From Bifidobacterium longum subsp. longum JCM 1217 (lineage in GTDB: Bacteria > Actinomycetota > Actinomycetes > Actinomycetales > Bifidobacteriaceae), in contig NC_015067.1 in NCBI RefSeq assembly GCF_000196555.1, positions 240,001-272,000 on the forward strand: a stretch of 32,000 nt of DNA. The letters are read 5' to 3'. Shown piece by piece: positions 17,209 to 25,029 of the stretch. The notes beneath the pieces are model-generated. The model ran no database searches. It had not been told where the DNA came from and worked only from the letters and a program-made list of their open reading frames with translations. Position 1 is the first letter of the stretch. Each line of letters opens with the position of its first letter. A program made the position numbers and the translations under genes.

Positions 17209-19050
17209 ATGAAAGATGAAGCAATGACTTCAGCAGTAGATGGCTTGAAACAACGATTCATGGATATGAGCCAGCCGGATGACGACGGCGTCTACCGGAA
17301 TGGTGCGACCAAGCGCAAAGCCCGCACGGAACTGGCCATGCAATGCCTCACTGAGCTGTGGAATGCGGCCTGCAAGGATGTCTCTTTCCCCGTGCCCGAC
17401 TCCGGCATCGGCTTCGCCGCGGTAGGCTCGCTGGCACGTGGCCAACTGGGCCCCAGCTCCGACCTCGACCTGGTCATCATCTACGAGCCTCGCACGTTGA
17501 ACGACCAGCAGCTCAACGAGTTGGCCAACAAACTCTGGTACCCGCTATGGGACAGCGGTCTGGACCTCGACCACTCCATCCGCACGCGCGCCCAATGCGA
17601 GGAAGTCACCGACCATGACCTTCCCGCCGCCATGGGCTGGCTGGACGTGAAGCCCATCGCCGGCGACACCGCTCTGATCACCACCACCGCCACGTCCATC
17701 CTCGAACGCTGGCGCAAGGCCGCCCGCAAGCGCCTGCCCGAACTGCTCGACTCCGCCAAAGCCCGACTCGACGAATTCGGCCGGCTCCAATACGTCAATC
17801 AGCCCGACATCAAAGAGGCCCGTGGGGGGTTGCGCGATTCGGTGCTCGTCTCCGCGCTCGCCGCCTCATGGCTGGCCGACCGCCCGCACGGCATTTACGA
17901 CGAAGCTGTGGAACGTCTGCTCGACGTACGCGACTGCATCCATCTGGTGGCCGGCAAGGATACCAACCTGATGCTGACGCCCTATCAGGCCAAAGTGGCT
18001 GCCATGCTTGGCCTTGCCGATCCGACTTGGCCCGAAAACGAGCGTGCCGCCTACTCGATCGACGATCTGCAGACACTGCTTGCCCGTATCGGTCGGCGCA
18101 TCTCCTTCTCGCTTGATTCCACCGCTTCCCGCGCCGAACATTCGCTGACCCACGAAAAGCCGCGATTCGCGTTCTTCCAGATGTTCTCTCAGCGCTCTGG
18201 TGGCAAGCGCGAAGCCCCGCAATTCGACGTGGTGGCTCCCGGCGTGGCCAAGCACGAAGGCGAATTGGTGTTGGCGCCCGGTGCCGAGCCTGCCAAGGAT
18301 GCCAAGCTGGCGTTGCGTATGGCCGTGGCGGCCGGCGAATTCGGTCTTCCCATCAACCCGTCTACCTTGGTTAATCTGAAGCGCTGCCCGATTCACGACA
18401 ACCAGTGGGATGACGAATCGCGCGAGCTGTTTATCCGTCTGCTTGCGTGCGGATCGAATCTTATGGAAGTGTGGGAGAGCATCGATTTCGTGGACATTCC
18501 GGGTCGATGGATGCCGGAATGGCTCGGCGTCCGCAACCGTCCGTCCGCCTCGGCCGCCCACCGGTACACCATCGATCGGCATATGGTGGAGGTCACGTCG
18601 CGTCTGGGTCGTGAGACACCGTCCGGTGGACGGTACGATGACGATCATTTCAAGGCATTGCTGTTGGCCGGTATCACCCACGACATCGGCAAGCGCGCGT
18701 TCGTGGCCGATCACGCCGCCGAGGGTGCCCGCCATGTGCCGGTGATTCTCAAGCGTATGGGCTACGCGCCGGACATCGTCGACTGGGCTACCGTGCTGGT
18801 GCGTGAGCATTTGACGCTATCCGAATTTGCCACGGGTAAGGACCCCTATGATCCGGCCGTGGCGGAGGAGTTGGCCGACCGCTTGCACCACGACAAGATG
18901 CTGCTGGATATGCTGTTCGACCTGACCCGGGCCGACGGCTCCTCGCTCGGTGCCACCGCCGGTGAGACCATCACCAAGCAATACGGCTGGTCCAAGTGGC
19001 GCGAACAAATCGTCCGCGGCATGTATTCCGCCGCCCGCGCCGCTATGTAA
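17209..19050 (+). CDS. glnD: [Protein-PII] uridylyl/adenylyl-transferase GlnD, short form (NTase plus HD, no ACT domains)
   Basis: The nucleotidyltransferase motif is GSLARGQLGPSSDLDLVIIY. The HD domain is AAHRYTIDRHM...GITHDIGK. The track start at 17188 lies in the terminator stem, so ATG 17209 (or 17224) is preferred. Confidence 0.85.
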   Translation: MKDEAMTSAVDGLKQRFMDMSQPDDDGVYRNGATKRKARTELAMQCLTELWNAACKDVSFPVPDSGIGFAAVGSLARGQLGPSSDLDLVIIYEPRTLNDQQLNELANKLWYPLWDSGLDLDHSIRTRAQCEEVTDHDLPAAMGWLDVKPIAGDTALITTTATSILERWRKAARKRLPELLDSAKARLDEFGRLQYVNQPDIKEARGGLRDSVLVSALAASWLADRPHGIYDEAVERLLDVRDCIHLVAGKDTNLMLTPYQAKVAAMLGLADPTWPENERAAYSIDDLQTLLARIGRRISFSLDSTASRAEHSLTHEKPRFAFFQMFSQRSGGKREAPQFDVVAPGVAKHEGELVLAPGAEPAKDAKLALRMAVAAGEFGLPINPSTLVNLKRCPIHDNQWDDESRELFIRLLACGSNLMEVWESIDFVDIPGRWMPEWLGVRNRPSASAAHRYTIDRHMVEVTSRLGRETPSGGRYDDDHFKALLLAGITHDIGKRAFVADHAAEGARHVPVILKRMGYAPDIVDWATVLVREHLTLSEFATGKDPYDPAVAEELADRLHHDKMLLDMLFDLTRADGSSLGATAGETITKQYGWSKWREQIVRGMYSAARAAM

Positions 19051-19083
19051 ACGGAATCGCCCAGCGCTTCGCGCGGCCGATAC

Positions 19084-20529
19084 CTACCTCATCCATGCGT
19101 CCGAGCGCACGCGTAGTCCGTTGGACAGACCGCGCCCACCCATGAGCACCACGTTGAACGCGGCCCAGAGTACGGCGGTACGCATCAGGTCGCTCGTCAG
19201 CGCCGGCGTCACCATATTGGCCAGTATGAGTATGAGCGTCACATACACCACGGCGGTCAGCGTGCATGTGACGGCCAGATAGCGGTAGTCGCGCGCGCCG
19301 ATAAGAATGCCGTCGATTGCCATCATCCAGCCTTGCAGTGGGAAGAAGATGCCCATCGTCACCATGCCCACGGCGATCAGCGTCTGAATATGTGGCGTAG
19401 GGGAGAAGAAGTGCCCGGCGAACAGGCCGACTACCGCAAAAGCCGTGCCGATTACCGCGCCGGTGACCAGTCCCGCACGCCCGGTCGCCCGCGTCAGCCG
19501 CCGCGCCTGCTGCACGCTGCCAGCGCCCAGCGCTGTGGCCACCAGCGTCTGGCCGGCGATGCCCACGGAATCCAGCATGTTCATCGCAAAATTCCAAGAG
19601 GAGTTCACGGCCTGAAACCCGGCCAACACGGCAGTACCCATGCGCGCGGCACAGGCGACCGTAGTCACCATGGCCGCACGAATCGCCAATGTGCGAATGA
19701 ACAATGGCAGTCCGTCGCCCCCGGCTGCCGCAATACCGGCCAAACGAGGCCGCAGACTCGCACCATCCGCCCGGGACCACAGAATGGCGGGGATTACCAG
19801 GAACAGCCCCATGAACCACTGAGCTACCAGCGTCGCCACTCCGGAGCCGGCAATGCCCCAATTCAGCACAATAACGAACAACACATCAAGCACCGTGTTC
19901 ACCACCGCGCCGCCCACCGCAGCGATCAGCGTGATACGAACCTTCTGCAATCCTCGGAAAATGCCGTTCGCCGCATATACCATCAGCATGCCTGGCGCAC
20001 CCAGCACGATTGCGCGCGTATAGGTCACGGCTTGTTCCAATACTTCGCCCTGACCGCCCAGTGCCCGGCATAATGGCTCGGCAGCCGCGAACAATCCCAA
20101 TCCCAGTACGGTGCCGATGCTCAAGGCCAGCCACAGGCCATCAATGCCTGCCTGCAGTCCCTCGCGACGACGACCCGCTCCCAGCAGATGTGCCACCTGC
20201 GCAGTGGTCGAGTAGGCCAGGAATATGCATAGTCCGACTGCCGTGAGGATGATGGTGGAGCCGATTGACAGGCCGGCCAACGCCGCATCCCCGATATGGC
20301 CGACGATGGCTGTGTCGATAAGGATGAAGGTCGGTTCGGCGATGAGCTGGCCGAAGGTCGGCAGGGCCAGCGCCATGATCCGGCGGTTGGTGGAGCGGGC
20401 GTCGGTCGGGCCGTTGCTGACGTTTGTGTTTGCGCCGGCATGCGGGGTGCCGAAGCCATCGCGGCGTGTAGTATCGCCGGAACTGGTGGCTTTGGCGTCG
20501 GAAGAGTCTATGGGCACGCTCACACGCAT
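19084..20529 (-). CDS. MATE-family efflux transporter (DinF-like)
   Basis: 12-TM profile with IMALALPTFGQLIAEPTFILIDTAIVGHIG and a second-half repeat. The track ORF extends to 20679 through the DnaA-box cluster. ATG 20529-20527 (MRVSVPIDSS...) is the first plausible start. Confidence 0.85.
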   Translation of the reverse strand: MRVSVPIDSSDAKATSSGDTTRRDGFGTPHAGANTNVSNGPTDARSTNRRIMALALPTFGQLIAEPTFILIDTAIVGHIGDAALAGLSIGSTIILTAVGLCIFLAYSTTAQVAHLLGAGRRREGLQAGIDGLWLALSIGTVLGLGLFAAAEPLCRALGGQGEVLEQAVTYTRAIVLGAPGMLMVYAANGIFRGLQKVRITLIAAVGGAVVNTVLDVLFVIVLNWGIAGSGVATLVAQWFMGLFLVIPAILWSRADGASLRPRLAGIAAAGGDGLPLFIRTLAIRAAMVTTVACAARMGTAVLAGFQAVNSSWNFAMNMLDSVGIAGQTLVATALGAGSVQQARRLTRATGRAGLVTGAVIGTAFAVVGLFAGHFFSPTPHIQTLIAVGMVTMGIFFPLQGWMMAIDGILIGARDYRYLAVTCTLTAVVYVTLILILANMVTPALTSDLMRTAVLWAAFNVVLMGGRGLSNGLRVRSDAWMR

Positions 20530-20576
20530 ATCACGCCTGACTGCGTTGCGCAAGCACCTGTTGTGGGCGCGGAATG

Positions 20577-20680
20577 TTATCCCCAGACTATCCACCAAGT
20601 TATCCCCAGTATGTGGATAACTTAGTGGATTATCCCCAGAATTATCCCCAAAATGTGGATAACTTATTTTTCTATCCACA
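20577..20680. promoter_or_regulatory. Cluster of eight DnaA-box-like 9-mers in the MATE/dnaB divergent intergenic region
   Basis: The eight sites are: TTATCCCCA 20577-85; CTATCCACC 20588-96; TTATCCCCA 20600-08; TGTGGATAA 20612-20 (perfect, reverse); TTATCCCCA 20630-38; TTATCCCCA 20642-50; TGTGGATAA 20654-62 (perfect, reverse); CTATCCACA 20672-80. The consensus is TTATCCACA. Confidence 0.7.
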
Positions 20681-20803
20681 TTTTGCTTTCTGCGTGTCGT
20701 GGCGCTGACTCATAGGTGAATAAGGAATGAACCGATGCGGGCAACCGTTTCGTTTCCATACGATATCGTTCACCTGCCACGCCACATCCTATACTTGGAG
20801 GCT

Positions 20804-22264
20804 ATGCCAGAAGGAAGTGAACACTCGTATCAGAATGGGTTCGGCGGTGGCCTGGATCGTGGCGATCGTGGCGACCGCGCGGGCCGGGGCGGCACGCAGA
20901 CGTCGGCGGCGGCCGGCGACCCGATTTTCGACCGCGTGCCCCCGCATGATGACGACGCGGAAATGGCCGTGCTCGGCGGCATGCTGATGAGTAAGGATGC
21001 CATCGGCGAGGTCTCGCAGACCATTGACGTCACCGATTTCTACCAGCCCAAGCATCAGACGATCTATAACGCGATCATCGATCTGTTTTCCGCCAGTCAG
21101 CCGGTGGACGTGGTGCTCGTGGCCAACCAGCTGTTGGCGGATGGCAACCTCGACAAGGTCGGCGGCGCGGACTATCTGCACAGCCTTGTCGCATCCGTAC
21201 CGACCGCCGCTAATGCCATGTACTACGCGGAGATCGTCCATCAGCGGGCCATTTTGCGCAATGTGATCGCCGCCGGCACCAAAATCGCCCAGCTCGGTTA
21301 TTCCGCCGAGGGATCGCAGGCTGAGGATGTGGTTAACCTCGCCCAGTCCGAGATCTACGAGATGTCGATGGGCAAGGTGCGTCAGGACTATGCCGCCATC
21401 GGCCCGGTGGTCCACGACGCGCTCGACCAGCTGGACAAACTGCAGCAAGGCCTCGTCAACAAGGGCGTGCCGACCGGCTTCCGCGACATCGACGACGTGA
21501 CCCAGGGCCTGCAGCCCGGACAGATGGTCGTCGTCGCAGGACGTCCGGCCATGGGTAAGTCCACGCTCGGCATCGACTTCGCCCGCGCCGCCGCGTTGCA
21601 CCACAACATGACTTCCGTGGTCTTCAGCTTGGAGATGAGCAAGGTGGAGCTCGCTCAGCGTATTATCTCCGCCGAAACCAATATTCCGATGGCCGCCCTG
21701 CGCCGCGCCGACGACATCACCCCCGAACGCTGGAACACCCTGAACCAGTTCTGGACCAAGATGCAGAACGCGCCACTGTTCATTGACGACAGCCCGAACA
21801 TGAGCCTCATGGAGATCCGTGCGAAATGCCGTCGTCTGAAGCAGACCAACGATCTGAAACTCGTAGTCATCGACTACCTGCAGCTGATGACCTCGGGCAA
21901 GGCCGTGGAATCCCGCCAGCAAGAGGTGTCCGAATTCTCCCGTGCCCTGAAGCTCTTGGCCAAGGAACTCGAAGTGCCGGTCGTGGCCCTTTCCCAGCTG
22001 AACCGTGGCCCGGAAATGCGTAACGACAAGAAGCCGCAGCTCTCCGACCTGCGTGAATCCGGCTCAATCGAACAGGACGCCGACGTGGTGTTCCTGGTCC
22101 ACCGCCCTGACTTCTACGACAAGGAAGACCGCCCTGGCGAGGCCGATATCATCATGGCCAAGCACCGTAACGGCCCGACCGAAACCTTCCACCTCGCCTT
22201 CCTCGGTGCCACGTCCAAATTCAAAGACATGCCGCAGGACTACAACGCCAATCAGGGGGTGTGA
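20804..22264 (+). CDS. dnaB: Replicative DNA helicase DnaB
   Basis: N-terminal domain PPHDDDAEMAVLGGMLMSKDAIGEV, Walker A GRPAMGKSTLGIDFA, IDYLQLM, and SQLNRGPE...DLRESGSIEQDADVV. The start is uncertain: ATG 20804 has GGAGG only 2 nt upstream, and ATG 20735 has AAGGAA 7 nt upstream. Confidence 0.9.
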   Translation: MPEGSEHSYQNGFGGGLDRGDRGDRAGRGGTQTSAAAGDPIFDRVPPHDDDAEMAVLGGMLMSKDAIGEVSQTIDVTDFYQPKHQTIYNAIIDLFSASQPVDVVLVANQLLADGNLDKVGGADYLHSLVASVPTAANAMYYAEIVHQRAILRNVIAAGTKIAQLGYSAEGSQAEDVVNLAQSEIYEMSMGKVRQDYAAIGPVVHDALDQLDKLQQGLVNKGVPTGFRDIDDVTQGLQPGQMVVVAGRPAMGKSTLGIDFARAAALHHNMTSVVFSLEMSKVELAQRIISAETNIPMAALRRADDITPERWNTLNQFWTKMQNAPLFIDDSPNMSLMEIRAKCRRLKQTNDLKLVVIDYLQLMTSGKAVESRQQEVSEFSRALKLLAKELEVPVVALSQLNRGPEMRNDKKPQLSDLRESGSIEQDADVVFLVHRPDFYDKEDRPGEADIIMAKHRNGPTETFHLAFLGATSKFKDMPQDYNANQGV

Positions 22265-23736
22265 TGATGGCAAGCAACGTTTCACGCGATGTTTCGCAAG
22301 ACCAATCGTCCGTGGTGCAGACCTGCAAACCGTGGTATGCGTTCGCCACCGTGGCCGCAGGCCGCTTCGTGCGGTTTGCATCCCGCGTCACCAAACATGG
22401 CGGTTCGGCTTTGCCCGGCAAAGTCGTAGAAAAGATTGACCCCGGCTTCCTGACCCGTACGCTCGGGCAGTTGCCGCTTGGCGTGGTATTGGTGTCCGGC
22501 ACGAACGGCAAGACCACCACCACCCGCATGGTCGCCTCGATGCTCTCCGATCTGGGGCTGAAGGTGTTCACCAATCCGACCGGCTCGAACTTCGTGCGCG
22601 GCGTGGTCTCCGCACTGCTTACCGAAGTCACGCTCGGCGGCAAATTGGACGCGGACATCGCCGTGCTCGAGCTCGATGAGGCGTACGCCGTCCACTTCGT
22701 CAAGCAGGTCAAGCCCCGTTATGCATTGCTGCTGAACGTGATGCGCGATCAGCTTGACCGATTCGGTGAAATCGACACCACGGCCAAACTGCTCAGCCAT
22801 GTGGCTGCGGCGACTACCGGCACTGTGGTACTGAACCGCGAGGACCCGCGTATCGCCGCGCTCGCCGCGAAGGCCCCGGCTGGCACCACCGTGCGATACT
22901 TCGGCCTCGCCGACGATTTGCGCCACTATTTCCCGTCCGATGACGACATGGCCACGACCGTGTCGGTGGAAGGTGTGGCCGGGCCGCTCCCCTCAGCCAG
23001 AACTCCTCTCAGTCCGCGAAGCGAACTGAGAGGAGCTTCCACAGGCACGGCAGAACTTCCCGCCGACGTGACACTTACCGCCGTGGGCGACCACAAGGCC
23101 ACCTTCCAGATGGACGGTCAGGGCTACGCCACCGACGTCAAGCTTGAAGGCGTCTACAACCTGTACAACGCGGCCGCCGCGCTCGCTGTGGTACGTGCGG
23201 TGATGCAAGACAATGCCGCCGCATCCAAGGCCACCGCCGCAGCCAACGCCTGCGCCGTGTCCGCCGACGAGCTTATCGCCGCCGTTTCCCGCGTCACGCC
23301 GGCTTTCGGCCGTGGCGAGGTCATCGACGTCAACGGTTCCCCGGTCGAACTGCTGCTGGTCAAGAACCCGATGGGCTTCCGCCTCTCGCTCGCCAGCTTC
23401 GACCCGGCCAACGCGGACACCATGATCGCCATCAACGACGAATATGCCGACGGCCGCGACATGAGCTGGCTGTGGGACGTGGACTTCACTTCCCTGCGCG
23501 CGTCCGGTGTCGCCATGGTCTCCGGCGTGCGTGCCTGGGACATGGCATTGCGCCTGGGGTATGACCAAGTGCCAGTCGCCGATACGAACACCGACCTCGA
23601 ACAGGCCGTCACCGCATTCGTCAACGCCAATCCCGGCACACGCAAGCACATCTACTGCACCTACACCGCCATGCTCAAAACCCGCGCCGTACTGGGCCGC
23701 ATCACCGAAGTACGGGACGCGGGCGTGGGCAAGTAA
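22264..23736 (+). CDS. murT: Mur-ligase-like lipid II isoglutaminyl synthase subunit MurT
   Basis: GSALPGKV...VSGTNGKTTTTRM is the Mur ligase P-loop. NVMRDQLDRFGEID and the C-terminal DUF1727-like ...NDEYADGRDMSWLWDVDF... are also present. The ATG at 22264 overlaps the dnaB TGA (TGATG), with AGGGGG SD upstream. A GatD gene follows. Confidence 0.85.
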   Translation: MMASNVSRDVSQDQSSVVQTCKPWYAFATVAAGRFVRFASRVTKHGGSALPGKVVEKIDPGFLTRTLGQLPLGVVLVSGTNGKTTTTRMVASMLSDLGLKVFTNPTGSNFVRGVVSALLTEVTLGGKLDADIAVLELDEAYAVHFVKQVKPRYALLLNVMRDQLDRFGEIDTTAKLLSHVAAATTGTVVLNREDPRIAALAAKAPAGTTVRYFGLADDLRHYFPSDDDMATTVSVEGVAGPLPSARTPLSPRSELRGASTGTAELPADVTLTAVGDHKATFQMDGQGYATDVKLEGVYNLYNAAAALAVVRAVMQDNAAASKATAAANACAVSADELIAAVSRVTPAFGRGEVIDVNGSPVELLLVKNPMGFRLSLASFDPANADTMIAINDEYADGRDMSWLWDVDFTSLRASGVAMVSGVRAWDMALRLGYDQVPVADTNTDLEQAVTAFVNANPGTRKHIYCTYTAMLKTRAVLGRITEVRDAGVGK

Positions 23737-23840
23737 CCACCCTTCGGCGCTCGCGCGCCACCTCCCGCCAGCGGAAGGGGCATGGTGAGGGAATAAGACG
23801 CTTCCCGGCAGCGGGAGAACATCGACAAGGAGAACGTGAC

Positions 23841-24593
23841 ATGGCCAGAACAATTGATGTGGTGTCCCTGTATCCCAAAGACATGAACATCTACGGCGAT
23901 TCCGGCAACGTGCTGACTATCCGCCGCCGGCTGGAACTGTACGGTTACGAACCGGTCGTTCACCAGTACAATCAAGGCGACGATTGGCCCGACCAGGTGG
24001 ACCTTATTCTGGGAGGCGGCGGCCAAGACACCGGCCAGAAGAAAATCATCGACGACTTCTACCATCGCGCCGACCTGTTGCGTTCGCTTGCCGCAGACGG
24101 TACGCCGATGCTGATGATCTGCGGCCTGTACCAGCTGTTCGGCGAGTACTTTGAAACCGTGGACGGCACCCGTCTGGACGGCATCGGCGTTATCGGTGCT
24201 TATACCGTGGGCCAGAACGTGCGTATGATCGGCAATCTTGTTGAGCATTCCGACCAGTTCGGCGATGTGATTGGCTACGAGAACCACTCCGGCCAGACCT
24301 TCCTGCGCGAAGGCGTTCAGCCACTCGGCACCGTCGATCAGGATGGCCGAGGCAACAATGGCGAAGACCATACCGAGGGCGCGCGCGTGCACAACGTGAT
24401 CGGCACCTACATGCACGGCTCGTTGCTGCCTAAAAACCCCGCCATCAGCGATTTCCTTATCGAAACTGCCGTGACTCGTCGTTACGGTACGTTCGATACG
24501 TCCGATCAGACCCCCGAACAAGCCAAGGAGCTTGCCCGGCTCGATCAAGTAGCCACCAACGCGCGCAAGGCTGCCGCCGAACGTCCTCGGTGA
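23841..24593 (+). CDS. gatD: Glutamine amidotransferase GatD (CobB/CobQ-like GATase), partner of MurT
   Basis: LYPKDMNIYGDSGNVL, the nucleophile context MLMICGLYQLFG, and the histidine context GTYMHGSLLPKNP. AAGGAG SD upstream. Confidence 0.85.
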   Translation: MARTIDVVSLYPKDMNIYGDSGNVLTIRRRLELYGYEPVVHQYNQGDDWPDQVDLILGGGGQDTGQKKIIDDFYHRADLLRSLAADGTPMLMICGLYQLFGEYFETVDGTRLDGIGVIGAYTVGQNVRMIGNLVEHSDQFGDVIGYENHSGQTFLREGVQPLGTVDQDGRGNNGEDHTEGARVHNVIGTYMHGSLLPKNPAISDFLIETAVTRRYGTFDTSDQTPEQAKELARLDQVATNARKAAAERPR

Positions 24594-24741
24594 ATTCTCG
24601 GTGAGTCCTCGGTAAGTACCAATCAGCGAAAAATCAGTCGAAATCAGTCTGAGGGTCTAGTACATTGCCCTGTTGTTTGCGCTAGGCTTGGTGGTACGAG
24701 ACATGGCACCAGGCCATGTCGGACCTCGAAGGAGGGGTATC

Positions 24742-25029
24742 ATGGCTGATTTTGATCTTCTGGGTGATGGCCTGCGCAAGGTCCTGCTGGCGGGCATCGG
24801 AGCCCTTGCCACCGGATACGAGAAGAGCAGCGAGCTCGTCGACGAACTCGTCAAGAAGGGTGAGATTACGGTCGAGCAGGGCAAGGCGCTGAACACCGAG
24901 CTCAAGCGCAAGGTGAGCGAGACGGTGGATGACGCCAAGAAGGCCGCCGCCGAAGCCGGCGACAAAGCTGCTGCCGCAGCCGACACCAGTGCCGCCGACA
25001 AGCCCGCTGACGAGGGCAAGGCCGAGTGA
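24742..25029 (+). CDS. Small phasin-like (COG3937-like) coiled-coil protein
   Basis: 95 aa, MADFDLLGDGLRKVLLAGIGALATGYEKSSELVDELVKKGEITVEQGKALNTELKRKV, then an Ala/Lys/Asp-rich tail. A strong GAAGGAGGGG SD lies 5 nt upstream. The family assignment is from memory of the GxGA...EK...ELVxKGExT signature. Confidence 0.7.
   Translation: MADFDLLGDGLRKVLLAGIGALATGYEKSSELVDELVKKGEITVEQGKALNTELKRKVSETVDDAKKAAAEAGDKAAAAADTSAADKPADEGKAE

Noticed and set aside
17866-18810. 314-aa minus-strand ORF (similar cases at 10809..11687, 12082..12909, 20789..21922, 22282..22926, 22993..23853, 23661..24548 and 25716..26531)
   Set aside because: All are antisense or alternative frames of genes with strong family motifs (glnD, dipeptidase, GT2, dnaB, murT, gatD, UbiB). 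None has its own SD or a recognisable domain.
19051-19083. Terminator between convergent glnD and the MATE gene
   Set aside because: Only a 4-bp GCGC/GCGC mini-stem is present, with no convincing hairpin or U-tract, so it is not reported as a feature.
20530-20679. N-terminal extension of the MATE ORF containing the peptide repeat SYPHFGDN... / SYPHTGDN...
   Set aside because: The apparent peptide repeat is simply the translation of the DnaA-box DNA repeats. The region is AT-rich intergenic DNA, and the MATE core begins well downstream. Start reassigned to 20529.
20577-20680. Calling the DnaA-box array the chromosomal origin oriC
   Set aside because: No dnaA, dnaN, recF, rpmH or parAB gene is in the window. 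There are no extended AT-rich 13-mer-like unwinding repeats (only about 30 bp of AT-rich sequence). If the hypBA1 identification is right, the locus lies roughly 200 genes from dnaA in the B. longum genomes I recall. I cannot exclude the origin call without GC-skew on the full genome, so the array is reported as a secondary cluster candidate.
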